Positions 1 to 11,938 of a DNA stretch of 64,000 bases are shown here, one piece after another. The DNA comes from an uncultured delta proteobacterium. GTDB lineage: Bacteria; Desulfobacterota; Syntrophia; Syntrophales; UBA2185. Where the stretch lies: assembly GCA_963729715.1 (NCBI GenBank), contig CAVSPA010000003.1, positions 1 through 64,000 on the forward strand. Reading direction: 5' to 3'. The notes under the pieces are model-generated. The model ran no database searches. It saw only the letters and a list, made by a program, of their open reading frames with translations, and was not told where the DNA came from. How positions within the stretch are numbered: the first letter of the stretch is position 1; every line of letters starts with the position of its first letter. The position numbers and the translations under genes were made by a program.

Positions 1-27
1 TATATTGGTACTAATAGTACCAATATA
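1..27. promoter_or_regulatory. 13-bp-arm palindrome, probable AbiEi-type operator
   Basis: TATATTGGTACTA-A-TAGTACCAATATA; near-identical palindrome and downstream flank at 18890-18942, upstream of a minus-strand abiEi. Confidence 0.6.
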
Positions 28-128
28 TGAATGTATTTAAACCAAATGGGATCCTGCAGGAACGAAATGTCTTACAAATCAATTCTTGGAAATATATCCT
101 TGACAGCTATTCCTGAAAAAATGCTTTG

Positions 129-827
129 TTACAATTTCAGATAGTTTTCAATTCTTTCCATGCGGCTCTCAAGAGTATTTTCGAATGGTGTGGTTTTCCG
201 CCGCTTTTTTCCCAATTTATATGTCTCCAAATATAGCCTTTTTTTGCGCAATTCATATTTCTTTTGGAATATCTGACATTTCTTGTTCAGCTCCTCTTGG
301 CGCAACTCCCGCCATCTGCGTGAGTTTTCCAGCTTTTTTTGGCTCAGTTCTTTAAGAAGCTCGCGCCTCCTCTGTTTCTCCAAAAGCATCTCTGTCTTTT
401 TATTTAGTTGTCCTTGGCGTAGCTCCCTCCATTTGTGAGAATTTTCCAGTTTCCTGTTGCTTAATTCTTTGCGAAGTTCCCGATTCTTTTGTTTCTCCAG
501 GAGAAATTCTTTTAGAAAGTAGACCGCGATTTGTTTATAGAAATCATTCCTCACGGTCACGACTGATTCGTCATCGTTGTGATCGAATTCCGCCGGTACT
601 TTGTACCTGTCAAATATATTTTCACCTTGTTCATTAAATTGACTGATTTCTTTCCTCTTGCGGAAGTATTCTTTTATTTGTTTATTCTTAGCCTTCTTTA
701 TGGACCGATATAATTGATGCATATCGGCCCGATCAGTTTCGAGGACATGAAGCCATGCATCTTGAAAAGCATCATTATTCGCAGGACAATATTCATTTAT
801 TATTTTTGATATCTCTTCTACATTCAT
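129..827 (-). CDS. Hypothetical coiled-coil protein with internal repeat
   Basis: 232-aa ORF with GGAGG RBS; repeat ELxKELSxxKLENSxxWRELRQxxLNKK twice; second copy at 23282-24215. Confidence 0.7.
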   Translation of the reverse strand: MNVEEISKIINEYCPANNDAFQDAWLHVLETDRADMHQLYRSIKKAKNKQIKEYFRKRKEISQFNEQGENIFDRYKVPAEFDHNDDESVVTVRNDFYKQIAVYFLKEFLLEKQKNRELRKELSNRKLENSHKWRELRQGQLNKKTEMLLEKQRRRELLKELSQKKLENSRRWRELRQEELNKKCQIFQKKYELRKKRLYLETYKLGKKRRKTTPFENTLESRMERIENYLKL

Positions 828-1064
828 ATTTCCTCCATTGCCAGTCGTATGCTACGGATAGTCAGGTTCTGTTATAATAAAATAATTTGAAACATAAAGA
901 GGTATTTGAAAAGCTATAGATTGAAATTTTATCAAGAGCCATGAAAAAGAATTGCAGAGCAACTGTCAATATAAACATAATATGTCGAATAATTGTCGAC
1001 GTACTATGCTGGATTATGCTGTGGCAATCTATCCATAATGATCAGTAGCATTGAAAGGACAGAA

Positions 1065-1264
1065 ATGTTTGACGGATCCTACGAAGCAAGATGACAACTG
1101 AGGAGTTTGACTATCAAGCCCTTATGGACGGCCTCCGGGAATATGACCGTCCACGTGATAAAATCACGGATTTGCTGAGGCAGGGCGCTATTATACATAT
1201 AAAGAAGGGTATATATGTTTTTGGAGAAAGATACAGACGGTTGCCATTTTCCAGAGAGGTATTG
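1065..1264 (+). pseudogene. 5' fragment of abiEi-like antitoxin gene
   Basis: Close nucleotide match to the start of 24468-25121; frameshift just after ATG and truncated. Confidence 0.8.
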
Positions 1265-1528
1265 ACTTGACAGACACCATCAAAGAAAATCCTGGCATGA
1301 TTATCGGCTACACCGTTCAGTACTGATCATTCATCAAAACCGATAATTACGGATAGAAAGAGAGCACCGCAAAAGCTCAACGGCACGTGGCAGTCTCTCC
1401 CTTGAGTATTTTATTAGGCATTCTTAAAATTAATTCGCTCTTTTGAATATTACTTCAATTAATCTCTTAAAAAAGTCCTTAATTATTTGATGAGTCCGAG
1501 TCCCGTCAAGAAGATTGCGTTGCAAATC

Positions 1529-1969
1529 TTACCTCACAGGATCAATTCTCTCGCTAAAAAGAGCGGATATTTCGGCATTCTTCACCTTCCAATTTTCTTG
1601 CGTTCCAGCCCACAACATTATCGCCGCTTCAAGGCACGAATTTTCAAGATAATTGAAAGCACCAGTCAAGTCCCCTTCGCCATAAACAATCGCGAGCCTT
1701 AAACCTGTCCTCGACCTGTTAAACAAGACTCTAAGTTCTCTGCTGGTTATGCGGTATTCTTCCTCGGTCAAGCCTCTCTTCTTGCCAGTGTACGCGGCAT
1801 CTTTGTCAACATTAAGAATCTGTAGGCGCGTGTAAATATCATCAAAATAATCCGCAACCTCTACTGTAACTTCTGAACGAAGACGCGATTGTTCAGTCAA
1901 GTATAGATATACTACAGAAATAAGTGTGGCAATTACTGCAGCTACGAAGCCTGATAATAGATATTGCAT
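1529..1969 (-). CDS. Hypothetical protein with N-terminal transmembrane helix
   Basis: 146-aa ORF, hydrophobic N-terminus, divergent from abiE operon. Confidence 0.6.
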   Translation of the reverse strand: MQYLLSGFVAAVIATLISVVYLYLTEQSRLRSEVTVEVADYFDDIYTRLQILNVDKDAAYTGKKRGLTEEEYRITSRELRVLFNRSRTGLRLAIVYGEGDLTGAFNYLENSCLEAAIMLWAGTQENWKVKNAEISALFSERIDPVR

Positions 1970-2031
1970 ATATATCGCCTTTAGATCTACGAGGACACTA
2001 TAATCCTTTCCTAGTAGTGAAAGCCTGAATT

Positions 2032-2076
2032 ATCGTATGATATATAACGTCCTCAGGACGTTATATATCATACGAT
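2032..2076. promoter_or_regulatory. Perfect 21-bp inverted repeat (operator 1)
   Basis: ATCGTATGATATATAACGTCC-TCA-GGACGTTATATATCATACGAT. Confidence 0.75.
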
Positions 2077-2144
2077 CTTCAACTTGTCAAGAAAATATTT
2101 GCAAGCGATATCAATTAATGCGTAAGAAAGCACTTGACTAGACT

Positions 2145-2189
2145 TCCATGGTATGTTAAACGTCCTTAGGACGTTTAACATACCATGGA
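2145..2189. promoter_or_regulatory. Perfect 21-bp inverted repeat (operator 2), probable AbiEi autoregulation site
   Basis: TCCATGGTATGTTAAACGTCC-TTA-GGACGTTTAACATACCATGGA directly upstream of abiEi; shares AACGTCCTnAGGACGTT core with operator 1. Confidence 0.75.
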
Positions 2190-2201
2190 GACTGCCGAGT
2201 C

Positions 2202-3101
2202 ATGAATATTAGGAAATCAACTCTTATTTACTTGAGAGACATTGGTCAGCCTGTCATTACCGATTACGACCTCTTCAGGTTTATCTTCAAACTATTTCAT
2301 AAAAAGAGTTTTCAGAACGAGCTGAAGAAAACCAAAGCTCACTCCAACTTTTCACTCCGCAAGAGCATCGAGAGGATCATAAGTGAAATAATCGATATAG
2401 GCATATTAGAGCTTCACAAAGACTTTCCTGTCGGACGGGTTTTTCAAATAATTGCAAACAAGAATTTCGATGCCGGAGATATTGCATGTTCTATTGATCC
2501 GTTCGCCTACATTTCCCATCTCAGTGCCATGACTTTTCATGGTCTTACAGATAGAATTTCTAACACCCTTTTTATATCGAGCCCCGCCCCAACAGAATGG
2601 AAGCAGTATGCTTTAAAAAAAATGAAAAAAGATCTCAAACCCCATTTTCTCAACTACATTAACAGTGAACTTCCCCACTTAGTGAAGATTTCATTTTCCA
2701 AGATTGGCAAATATCCTGTTGTTAGATACTCAACCACTCATTATGGAGCTTATAAACTAATTGAGGGTAGGAAGCAGAGAGTTAGTACAATTGGGCAAAC
2801 ATTCTTGGACATGCTGAGAGAACCAGGGTATTGTGGCGGCATTAGGCATGTAGTTGATGTCTACAAGGAATTTGCTACCGGGTATAGTAATTTGATCTTG
2901 GACGAGATTGACAGGCATGGGAATTTAATTGAAAAGACAAGAGCAGGATATATATTAGAAGATATGTGCGGAATAAATGATAATATAATTAATGAATGGG
3001 CAAAAATTATTCAGCGTGGAGGATCAAGAAAACTGGATCCTTCCGGCCCATACAGTGCAACATATAGTGAACGATGGGCGCTTTCCATAAATCTGGATTG
3101 A
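2202..3101 (+). CDS. abiEi: Type IV TA antitoxin, AbiEi family
   Basis: AYISHLSAMTFHGLT and TFLDML..P.YCGG motifs; directly upstream of nucleotidyltransferase toxin. Confidence 0.8.
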   Translation: MNIRKSTLIYLRDIGQPVITDYDLFRFIFKLFHKKSFQNELKKTKAHSNFSLRKSIERIISEIIDIGILELHKDFPVGRVFQIIANKNFDAGDIACSIDPFAYISHLSAMTFHGLTDRISNTLFISSPAPTEWKQYALKKMKKDLKPHFLNYINSELPHLVKISFSKIGKYPVVRYSTTHYGAYKLIEGRKQRVSTIGQTFLDMLREPGYCGGIRHVVDVYKEFATGYSNLILDEIDRHGNLIEKTRAGYILEDMCGINDNIINEWAKIIQRGGSRKLDPSGPYSATYSERWALSINLD

Positions 3102-3982
3102 AAATGTTATATGTTAACATTGAAGCTTGGGTAAATGAAAACCAAGATGCCTCAGTAAGAGAATTCAGACAAGCAGTTCATACCGTTCTCACGGCGATTA
3201 GCGACTCAGCAAAATTGCGAGACAACATGATCGTCAAAGGCGCAATATTGATCTCCGTCAGATTTCATGGATTAAGATTCACTAAAGATATAGACTTTTC
3301 CACTTCTGAGAAATATCTCATGTTTAATGAAGATGACTTTTTGAGGGAGCTAGCACACAAACTTGCGCTTTCAGTTGAAACTCTAAATTACGGCTTGGAT
3401 TGTAGAATACAACGACATGAATTGAGACCCAACAACAAGGAAGCACTTTATCCAACTCTTATAGTCAATGTCGGGTATGCCTACAAGGGAACACGTAAGC
3501 ACCATAAACTACTCAAAGGACTCTCTCCATCCATACTAAAAATCGATTTTAGCTTTAACGAAACCATATGTCACATCGACTCACTTGAGATTGACCATCA
3601 TAATTTCATAAGAGCGTATACTTTATCCGAACTTGTTGCGGAAAAATACCGAGCAATAATACAACAAGTGCCGCGCAACAGGGCCAGAAGGCAGGATGCT
3701 TATGACATCTTCTGTCTGCTAGCCAACGGACAGCTTGATAGCTCTGATATCAAGAAACAAATTCTTAGTACTTTAACCGCTAAGTCGATATCGAGAGAGT
3801 TGTATGTAAACAGCGATTCCTTGGCCGATCCAGAAATTATACGGCGTTCACGCTCGGACTACGATAATCTGAGATTTGAGATAACTGACGACCTCCCACC
3901 ATTTGATGAATTATACAAAACAGTAAGAGCTTATTACGAATCTTTGCCGTGGAAGAATAATGTATCTTCTAAAGACTGCTGA
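3074..3982 (+). CDS. abiEii: Type IV TA toxin, AbiEii/AbiGii nucleotidyltransferase (start may be slightly downstream)
   Basis: KGA..I, RFTKDIDF, AEKYRA, RRQDAYD motifs. Confidence 0.85.
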   Translation: MGAFHKSGLKMLYVNIEAWVNENQDASVREFRQAVHTVLTAISDSAKLRDNMIVKGAILISVRFHGLRFTKDIDFSTSEKYLMFNEDDFLRELAHKLALSVETLNYGLDCRIQRHELRPNNKEALYPTLIVNVGYAYKGTRKHHKLLKGLSPSILKIDFSFNETICHIDSLEIDHHNFIRAYTLSELVAEKYRAIIQQVPRNRARRQDAYDIFCLLANGQLDSSDIKKQILSTLTAKSISRELYVNSDSLADPEIIRRSRSDYDNLRFEITDDLPPFDELYKTVRAYYESLPWKNNVSSKDC

Positions 3983-4304
3983 AGAGTTTATACCGATCCA
4001 TAGACAGAAAGAAAGAAGACTTCAAGAATTTCAATTGCCGCAGAAGCAATAGGACGACATAGAAAAAAACATGGGCTGCCAAAACTGCCCTAATAAATCA
4101 TTCCATACTTTATATCTTTTCTGGGAAAACAGGACGGCAAAATGAGCGGCTATACAGAAAAGTCCAAGTATGAGTTACAACACCTTCTAACCCAATATCA
4201 GATCTACTCTGAGCCGTACAAAAGCAACGCTGGCCGCCCTATGGAATGTGTGACTTTAAATTATCTATGTGGCAGTCTTACAAACAAAAAAAATCGACTA
4301 GTAC

Positions 4305-4335
4305 TTGGTTAGCAATATGGTTAGCATACTTTTCA
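4305..4335. repeat. 31-bp dispersed repeat with tandem TGGTTAGCA, probable integrase arm-binding sites
   Basis: TTGGTTAGCAATATGGTTAGCATACTTTTCA identical at 16418-16448 and 26147-26177. Confidence 0.75.
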
Positions 4336-4463
4336 AAAATAACGCATGTTTTGCCATATTCACGTCAATAGACATATAAAGCAGCATCTCTAAAAGATGA
4401 ATAGAAATAAATGCTTATATAATCGGAGCTATTTTTCTGTTTAAAGAGAAAACACGTAATTCA

Positions 4464-4521
4464 GGACTCAAAATCCCCCGGACGCAAGTCCATCCCGGTT
4501 CGACCCCGGGCTCCGGCACCA
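4464..4521 (+). repeat. 3' half of tRNA-Leu(CAA), att site
   Basis: Anticodon arm GGA-CTCAAAA-TCC, long variable arm, GGTTCGAC T-loop, ends CACCA; no D-arm or 5' acceptor strand upstream. Confidence 0.8.
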
Positions 4522-4530
4522 GTAATCATC

Positions 4531-4568
4531 AGGGTTTACGGATATCATGGCCGTAAACCCTTTATTTT
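4531..4568 (+). terminator. Intrinsic terminator-like hairpin; target of the group IIC intron
   Basis: AGGGTTTACGG-atatcatgg-CCGTAAACCCT followed by TTATTTT. Confidence 0.75.
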
Positions 4569-4569
4569 G

Positions 4570-6467
<1,898 letters not shown>

Positions 6468-6758
6468 CCGGGTTACGCCGTCCTATAACTCTCAAAGCCC
6501 CGTCATTCGTGGGTTTGCCGACCTCAAATAAGGTATTATACTCTTTTTATATCCTCAATCTAAATGAATCCCCATTGTGAAACCGAGGTGTATTCAATAA
6601 TTATGGTCAAAATTCGGCATCTTTAAGAGTATTACCATTCTCTTAAAAATATCCCGGATTTCTTCGACATTATCTGAAAAATCTTGTATATTGCCGCAAG
6701 CATACACTGTAGTTGTCATCATCACAAATCATACTCTCTTATATTAAGGGAGAAATCC

Positions 6759-7292
6759 ATGAAAAGAATTACAGCCACAGTTTTATCATTCCTGATTCTG
6801 AGTTTCGTTGCGACCACAGCATTTGCTTTTCAAGCTGACATTACGAAGGTCTGCTTCAGTCCCGGTGGCGGCTGCACCGAATCCATAGTCAAAGAGATCA
6901 ATGCTGCAAAATCAGAAATCCTGGTTCAGGCATATTCATTTACATCAGCCCCTATCGCCAAGGCCCTGACAAGCGCTCTCAAGAGAGGTGTCAAAGTGGA
7001 AGCACTACTTGATAAGAGTCAACGGAAAGAAAGATACACATCTGCCACTTTCATATCTAATGCCGGCATCCCTACCTTCACAGATGATAAACACGCCATA
7101 GCCCATAACAAGATCATGATTATTGACAAGGAGATTGTAATCACCGGTTCTTTCAACTTTACCAAAGCTGCTGAGGAGAAGAATGCGGAGAATTTGTTGG
7201 TCATTAAGAATAAAGACCTGGCGAAGATTTACGTGGACAATTGGTATAAACACAGAGAACATTCAGAAGAATATGAGGGAAATAAACAATGA
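6759..7292 (+). CDS. Secreted phospholipase D family nuclease (Nuc-like, single HKD)
   Basis: Signal peptide; [31 protein letters not shown] motifs; RBS before ATG 6759. Confidence 0.9.
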   Translation: MKRITATVLSFLILSFVATTAFAFQADITKVCFSPGGGCTESIVKEINAAKSEILVQAYSFTSAPIAKALTSALKRGVKVEALLDKSQRKERYTSATFISNAGIPTFTDDKHAIAHNKIMIIDKEIVITGSFNFTKAAEEKNAENLLVIKNKDLAKIYVDNWYKHREHSEEYEGNKQ

Positions 7293-7864
7293 AAAAATCA
7301 CTTGGTGCAAAAACGATCATTTATCCTGCTCCGGTGTTAGTGATCGGTTCATACGACAAGAATGGAAACCCCAATGTAATGACCGCAGCATGGGGCGGAA
7401 TATGCTGTTCTTCCCCGCCCTGTGTAACCGTCTCACTGAGAAAGGCCACATATACCTATGCCAGTATCTGTGAACGGAAGGCTTTTACCGTTAATGTCCC
7501 TTCAGAAAAGTATGTCGAAGCGGTCGATTATTTCGGAATCACCTCCGGCAGGAACGAAGACAAGTTCTCAAGAAGTGGATTAACCCCTGTAAAAAGCGAT
7601 CTTGTGGATGCTCCTTATGTCGGGGAATTTCCGTTCATCCTTGAATGCCGGCTCATTCATACGCATGAGATTGGACTTCATACGCAGTTTATTGGAAAGA
7701 TTCTTGATATCAAGGCGGATGAAAACTTCTTGGATGATAAAGGTGCCTTGTCAGTAGAGAAAATCAAACCGATTACCTATACCCCTGAATATGGCTATTA
7801 CTTTGGTCTGGGCAAGGAGCTTGGCAAAGCACATTCCATAGGAAAAAGAATAAGCAAAGAATAG
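7289..7864 (+). CDS. Flavin reductase family protein (flavoredoxin-like)
   Basis: [27 protein letters not shown] motifs. Confidence 0.85.
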   Translation: MKKSLGAKTIIYPAPVLVIGSYDKNGNPNVMTAAWGGICCSSPPCVTVSLRKATYTYASICERKAFTVNVPSEKYVEAVDYFGITSGRNEDKFSRSGLTPVKSDLVDAPYVGEFPFILECRLIHTHEIGLHTQFIGKILDIKADENFLDDKGALSVEKIKPITYTPEYGYYFGLGKELGKAHSIGKRISKE

Positions 7865-8036
7865 TCATTATTAGCAGGACAGGGGTTTCACGTAATCATT
7901 AACATATCGCTATAAAGAAAGGTGCAAGATGAAGAAAAGAAATGGAATCATAGTGTAATGAAAGCCTCAAAGAGATCGTTGAACCGGATCACTCCTGCCT
8001 TGTTGTTTGGAATGCTTCCAGGCACGTTCTGGCAGC

Positions 8037-8150
8037 AAATATTTCTGGACCGGAAGGCGCCGTTAATACTTTTTCACCCGCAGTGTAAAAAGAGATTCAA
8101 AATTTTGCCAAGGAGCTTGAGAGAGATCCTTAATTTATGAAAAAAGCAGG
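8037..8150 (+). pseudogene. 3'-end remnant of the 11469-11885 gene
   Basis: Translates NISGPEGAVNTFSPAV*KEIQNFAKELERDP*FMKKAG versus NTSGAEAAFNSFSPAVQREIQDIARELEKDPEFMKKAG. Confidence 0.8.
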
Positions 8151-8172
8151 TTATCTGAAATAAACGGGACGA

Positions 8173-8685
8173 ATGATAATGACGGACCAAAATGACACTG
8201 TATCTGTTGAAGATATTTTAAAAATTCTTACACGTGAGAGATTTCATGCAATATGGGAAGCAGCAAAAGCTGGCAGCACTGCCGAATTGAATGATGAAGA
8301 CAAGAAACTCGCCCAGATCATGCTACAACATCAGGAAGAATTTCATAATCAACTTGAGTTTGCCGATGTTATGTCAGATCATGATTTCGATCCGGAACAT
8401 GAGACCAATCCTTTTCTACACATTCTGTTACACTCGGTTGTTGAAAACCAGCTTGAGCTACGAGATCCGATTGAGGTCTATCAGTTTTATCTATCCATGA
8501 GACGGAAGAAATGCGATCATCATGAGGCTGTTCATCTTGTCAGTGTTGTCTTCGTTTTTTTTCTGTTTGAGACATTGAAATATAAGATACCTTTCGATAA
8601 TGCTGGTTATAGAAATTCTCTGAAAAGACACAGAGACAAGAAGCCTGAGAAGATCATGGCCGCTATGGAAAAAGAGAAAGGTTAA
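8173..8685 (+). CDS. DUF1841-like protein
   Basis: ETNPFLHI.LH.....Q motif, HEA.H. Confidence 0.7.
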   Translation: MIMTDQNDTVSVEDILKILTRERFHAIWEAAKAGSTAELNDEDKKLAQIMLQHQEEFHNQLEFADVMSDHDFDPEHETNPFLHILLHSVVENQLELRDPIEVYQFYLSMRRKKCDHHEAVHLVSVVFVFFLFETLKYKIPFDNAGYRNSLKRHRDKKPEKIMAAMEKEKG

Positions 8686-8808
8686 TATAACGCCCTTTAC
8701 CAGCAACATTCAGAATCTCTTGCCGGTAAAGACATCGGAATAAAACATCATGGGAGCAAATTAGCTCATAGGGATATGCACAAAACCATTTGCACGGAGC
8801 AATTTTAA

Positions 8809-9060
8809 ATGTCCATCCATGTAATTCCAGTCAACAGACTAAGCCAGGAAGCACTACAAGGAGTTATTGAAGAATTTATTTCCAGAGATGGAACTGATTA
8901 TGGTGAAGTAGAAGTTTCCATGGAAACAAAATTCAGACAAGCAAAATACAAACTTGAATCTGGATTAGCAATTCTAATTTTTGATGATGAGGCTGAAACC
9001 ACCAATATATTTTCAAGGGACGACCCTGTGTTAAAAACCCTTCCGGATAATGGGGTGTAA
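8809..9060 (+). CDS. YheU (UPF0270) family protein
   Basis: LS.EAL..VIEEFISRDGTDYG motif. Confidence 0.85.
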   Translation: MSIHVIPVNRLSQEALQGVIEEFISRDGTDYGEVEVSMETKFRQAKYKLESGLAILIFDDEAETTNIFSRDDPVLKTLPDNGV

Positions 9061-9162
9061 TATAAGAAACAGTGGCATATTTTCTTAGTAATCTTAAAAA
9101 TTTCTCGTCAACTTGTCCAGAATTTCTTATAAGAAGATCATCATTTCACCAGGAGGATAAAA

Positions 9163-9348
9163 ATGAAAAACGTAGAGATGAAGGTTGAAAATAATGTCCT
9201 GACCATTCAGGTTGATCTTACAAAAGAATTTGGCCCATCATCATCGGGAAAGACCATAATCATTGCATCAACAGAAGGAAATGTTTCCATTCCTGGAAAT
9301 GAAGAGGCTAAGATAGGACTGAATATATATAAATATCCGAAGAAGTAG
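9163..9348 (+). CDS. Conserved small hypothetical protein
   Basis: AGGAGG RBS; GPSSSGKTIIIASTEGN...IGLNIY. Confidence 0.75.
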   Translation: MKNVEMKVENNVLTIQVDLTKEFGPSSSGKTIIIASTEGNVSIPGNEEAKIGLNIYKYPKK

Positions 9349-9463
9349 CCCAGAGAAAAGATCTGTGGGTAACTGCTGCAGGAACTGGCCAAATCAGATA
9401 CCGACAAATGGATCGGCGGTGTCTGTCTTCGTAGATGATAAACATGCCATAGCTCATAAGAAG

Positions 9464-10039
9464 ATGATCTTTCGACTCACATTAAAACTGGCTAAAAAAA
9501 TCGGAATCGCTCCTTTGCCAGCTATTCCATACGATGATAACAGAAATCCCATACTTGACTGGAACGCACATCTGTTCACAGCGCAGCGCACCCAATATAT
9601 AATTTTGACAAATACCGTATCTCTATACTCCATAGTCATGCAAGGGCGGGGGATTACTAACGACAAGAAGTTTATTCGAGAAGCATTGTCCTGTATGCAC
9701 GACTTTATGATCATCGACGGGAATAAAGTCATGTATGAAAATATCATCGAACCAGAGAGTAAAATAATATATTTTTCTAAGATAGTTGATCGGCGAGTCT
9801 CAGGATCAATGAATGATTTTATATTTCAGGCGAAAATTGATCTTATCGAGGGGCATAAACAGCCATTTGATGTTTCACTTCGGCTGAATGAATCTCCGAT
9901 GTCGTATTTGAACTATAGCCATCCCAGAAATGAATTTCAGAAATTACATTTAACGGAAGAAGAACCATCAACAAATAGGCAGAGAGGAAGTAATATTATT
10001 TATATTAACAGGGTTCGCCCGCCCACAACAAGATCATGA
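9464..10039 (+). CDS. Hypothetical protein (DUF6933-like)
   Basis: MIFRLT.KLAKK..., DWNAHLF, GSMNDF, LN..PM pattern; ATG 9464 preferred because upstream codons are a PLD remnant. Confidence 0.65.
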   Translation: MIFRLTLKLAKKIGIAPLPAIPYDDNRNPILDWNAHLFTAQRTQYIILTNTVSLYSIVMQGRGITNDKKFIREALSCMHDFMIIDGNKVMYENIIEPESKIIYFSKIVDRRVSGSMNDFIFQAKIDLIEGHKQPFDVSLRLNESPMSYLNYSHPRNEFQKLHLTEEEPSTNRQRGSNIIYINRVRPPTTRS

Positions 10040-10191
10040 TCATTTTGCAGGGGTATGGTGAGCACGGAAGGCTTCAATTTGACAAGGAAAAGAATGCGGA
10101 GAATGTATTGGTCATTAAATCTAAGGATCTGGCGAAGATATATCTGGACAACTGGATGAAGCATAAGGAGCATTCTGAGGAGTATGATTGA
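10021..10191 (+). pseudogene. Degenerate 3' half of a PLD nuclease gene (companion piece at 9429-9465)
   Basis: AHNKIMII...EKNAENVLVIKSKDLAKIYLDNWMKHKEHSEEYD* matches C-terminus of 6759-7292. Confidence 0.85.
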
Positions 10192-10236
10192 AGAGCAGAG
10201 AATTGAATCAGCTGTTTGTAAAAGAGAGCAAGTACA

Positions 10237-11136
10237 GTGAGAAATACATTTATCAGATTCAGGCACAAATATTTCACTTTCTTCGTAACGATCCTTTTCA
10301 CACTTACATTTGCTTTTCCCATCCAAGCACTCGAAAATCAGCCAGCAAACAAATCCCCTGAGAAAAAGATTAAAGGAACCATTGTAATGATCCATGGTAT
10401 GTTTGATGGTTCCTGGTGCTGGGACAATTTCAAGAAATACTTTGAGGACAGAGGATACAAATGCATTACACCGACGCTCAGATATCACGATACTCCTCCC
10501 AGTTCTCCTGCAAATCCTAATCTCGGAACCACGAGCATTGTCGATTACGTCAATGACATTGAAAAGGAAATCAAAAGGCTCGATCAGCCCCCCATTATTA
10601 TCGGTCATTCCATGGGTGGTCTTATCTCTCAGGTCCTGGCAAGCCGAGGTCTGGTCAAATCAGCTGTTTTAATAGCACCGGCTGCTCCAAGGGGTATTAA
10701 TGCAATAACATGGTCAGTCATTAAAAGCGCTTGGTACAACAGGGAACGAATGGGGTTGTGGGATGAACCTATATTACCCACTTTTGAAGGAGCGGCATAT
10801 TCATCTTTACAGCTGTTGACGCCTCAAGAGCAGAAGAGGGTCTATAAAAGGTTTTCACATGAATCTGGGAGAGCAGCTTGGGAGATAGGATTCTGGATGT
10901 TTGACGTAAAGAAGGCTACATTTATTGATGCTGAAAAAGTGACCTGTCCCGTATTAATTATCGGCGGGACGGAAGATCGATTGACCCCACCATCTGTCAC
11001 AAGGGAAATTCAGGATAAGTATAAAAAGAACTCCACCTATATTGAATTTAATAATCATGCCCATTGGATTATCGGTGAAGAAGGGTGGGAAACGGTTGCG
11101 GAAGTCATTTATGACTGGTTAAAACGTTTACCATGA
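10237..11136 (+). CDS. Secreted alpha/beta hydrolase
   Basis: IHGM, GHSMGG nucleophile, D and H (HAHW) triad positions; signal peptide. Confidence 0.9.
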   Translation: MRNTFIRFRHKYFTFFVTILFTLTFAFPIQALENQPANKSPEKKIKGTIVMIHGMFDGSWCWDNFKKYFEDRGYKCITPTLRYHDTPPSSPANPNLGTTSIVDYVNDIEKEIKRLDQPPIIIGHSMGGLISQVLASRGLVKSAVLIAPAAPRGINAITWSVIKSAWYNRERMGLWDEPILPTFEGAAYSSLQLLTPQEQKRVYKRFSHESGRAAWEIGFWMFDVKKATFIDAEKVTCPVLIIGGTEDRLTPPSVTREIQDKYKKNSTYIEFNNHAHWIIGEEGWETVAEVIYDWLKRLP

Positions 11137-11160
11137 AAAAGAACAAGGAGGGGATATGTA

Positions 11161-11442
11161 ATGGCTCTGACAAAAATCGATCTTGTTGACATGATCTATA
11201 GTGAATTGGACATACCTAAGAAAGAATGCATCAATCTGGTGGAGAGCTTCTTTGATATTATTAGGGATGAACTTGTCAAGGGTAACGACATCATGATTTC
11301 GGGATTCGGTAGGTGGTCAGTGAAACAGAAGAGACCCAGGCTAGGCCGGAACCCTCACACAGGAGAGCAGATGATCATCGATGCAAGAAGGGTGGTTAAG
11401 TTTAAACCGTCTGTTGTGTTGAGGAATACTATAAACGATTAA
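11161..11442 (+). CDS. Integration host factor alpha-like (HU/IHF) protein
   Basis: MALTK.D, ISGFG, GRNPHTGE motifs. Confidence 0.9.
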   Translation: MALTKIDLVDMIYSELDIPKKECINLVESFFDIIRDELVKGNDIMISGFGRWSVKQKRPRLGRNPHTGEQMIIDARRVVKFKPSVVLRNTIND

Positions 11443-11468
11443 CCCAATTTGTAAAGAGGTGATATGTT

Positions 11469-11885
11469 ATGAAATCCAAATTTTTGATGATATTGGGAGT
11501 TACAATCTTTACATTCATCTTTCTAGCGAACAATACATTTGCACAAGACCAGTCACACGAAGCAGCCATGTCCATGCTGAAAGACTTTTTTGCTGATCCT
11601 GTTGCGAGAGCGGATTACGCGTCAAAAAATCCCGAGGCATTACAGGCTGAACAAAGCCTTTCACAATTTCCGCCAAATATTCAAAAGAGACTTGAAAAGG
11701 TGGTCCTCATGATCATGCAGGAAAGTGGTACAAATGCTACCAAATATGTTGATGCAAAGAATACCTCCGGGGCGGAAGCCGCATTTAATTCTTTTTCACC
11801 TGCAGTACAAAGAGAGATTCAAGATATTGCCAGGGAGCTTGAGAAAGATCCGGAGTTTATGAAAAAAGCAGGTCCTCCAAAATAA
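11469..11885 (+). CDS. Secreted hypothetical protein
   Basis: Signal peptide ending TFA; GAGG RBS. Confidence 0.7.
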   Translation: MKSKFLMILGVTIFTFIFLANNTFAQDQSHEAAMSMLKDFFADPVARADYASKNPEALQAEQSLSQFPPNIQKRLEKVVLMIMQESGTNATKYVDAKNTSGAEAAFNSFSPAVQREIQDIARELEKDPEFMKKAGPPK

Positions 11886-11938
11886 ATGGTTGGACATACT
11901 CTTGGATCAAACGACAGGGCATTAAAGGGAGGAAAGTC

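Noticed and set aside
4464..4521. Intact tRNA gene
   Set aside because: 5' acceptor strand and D-arm are absent; treated as an att fragment
7922..8140. 72-aa ORF
   Set aside because: Off-frame reading over a pseudogene remnant
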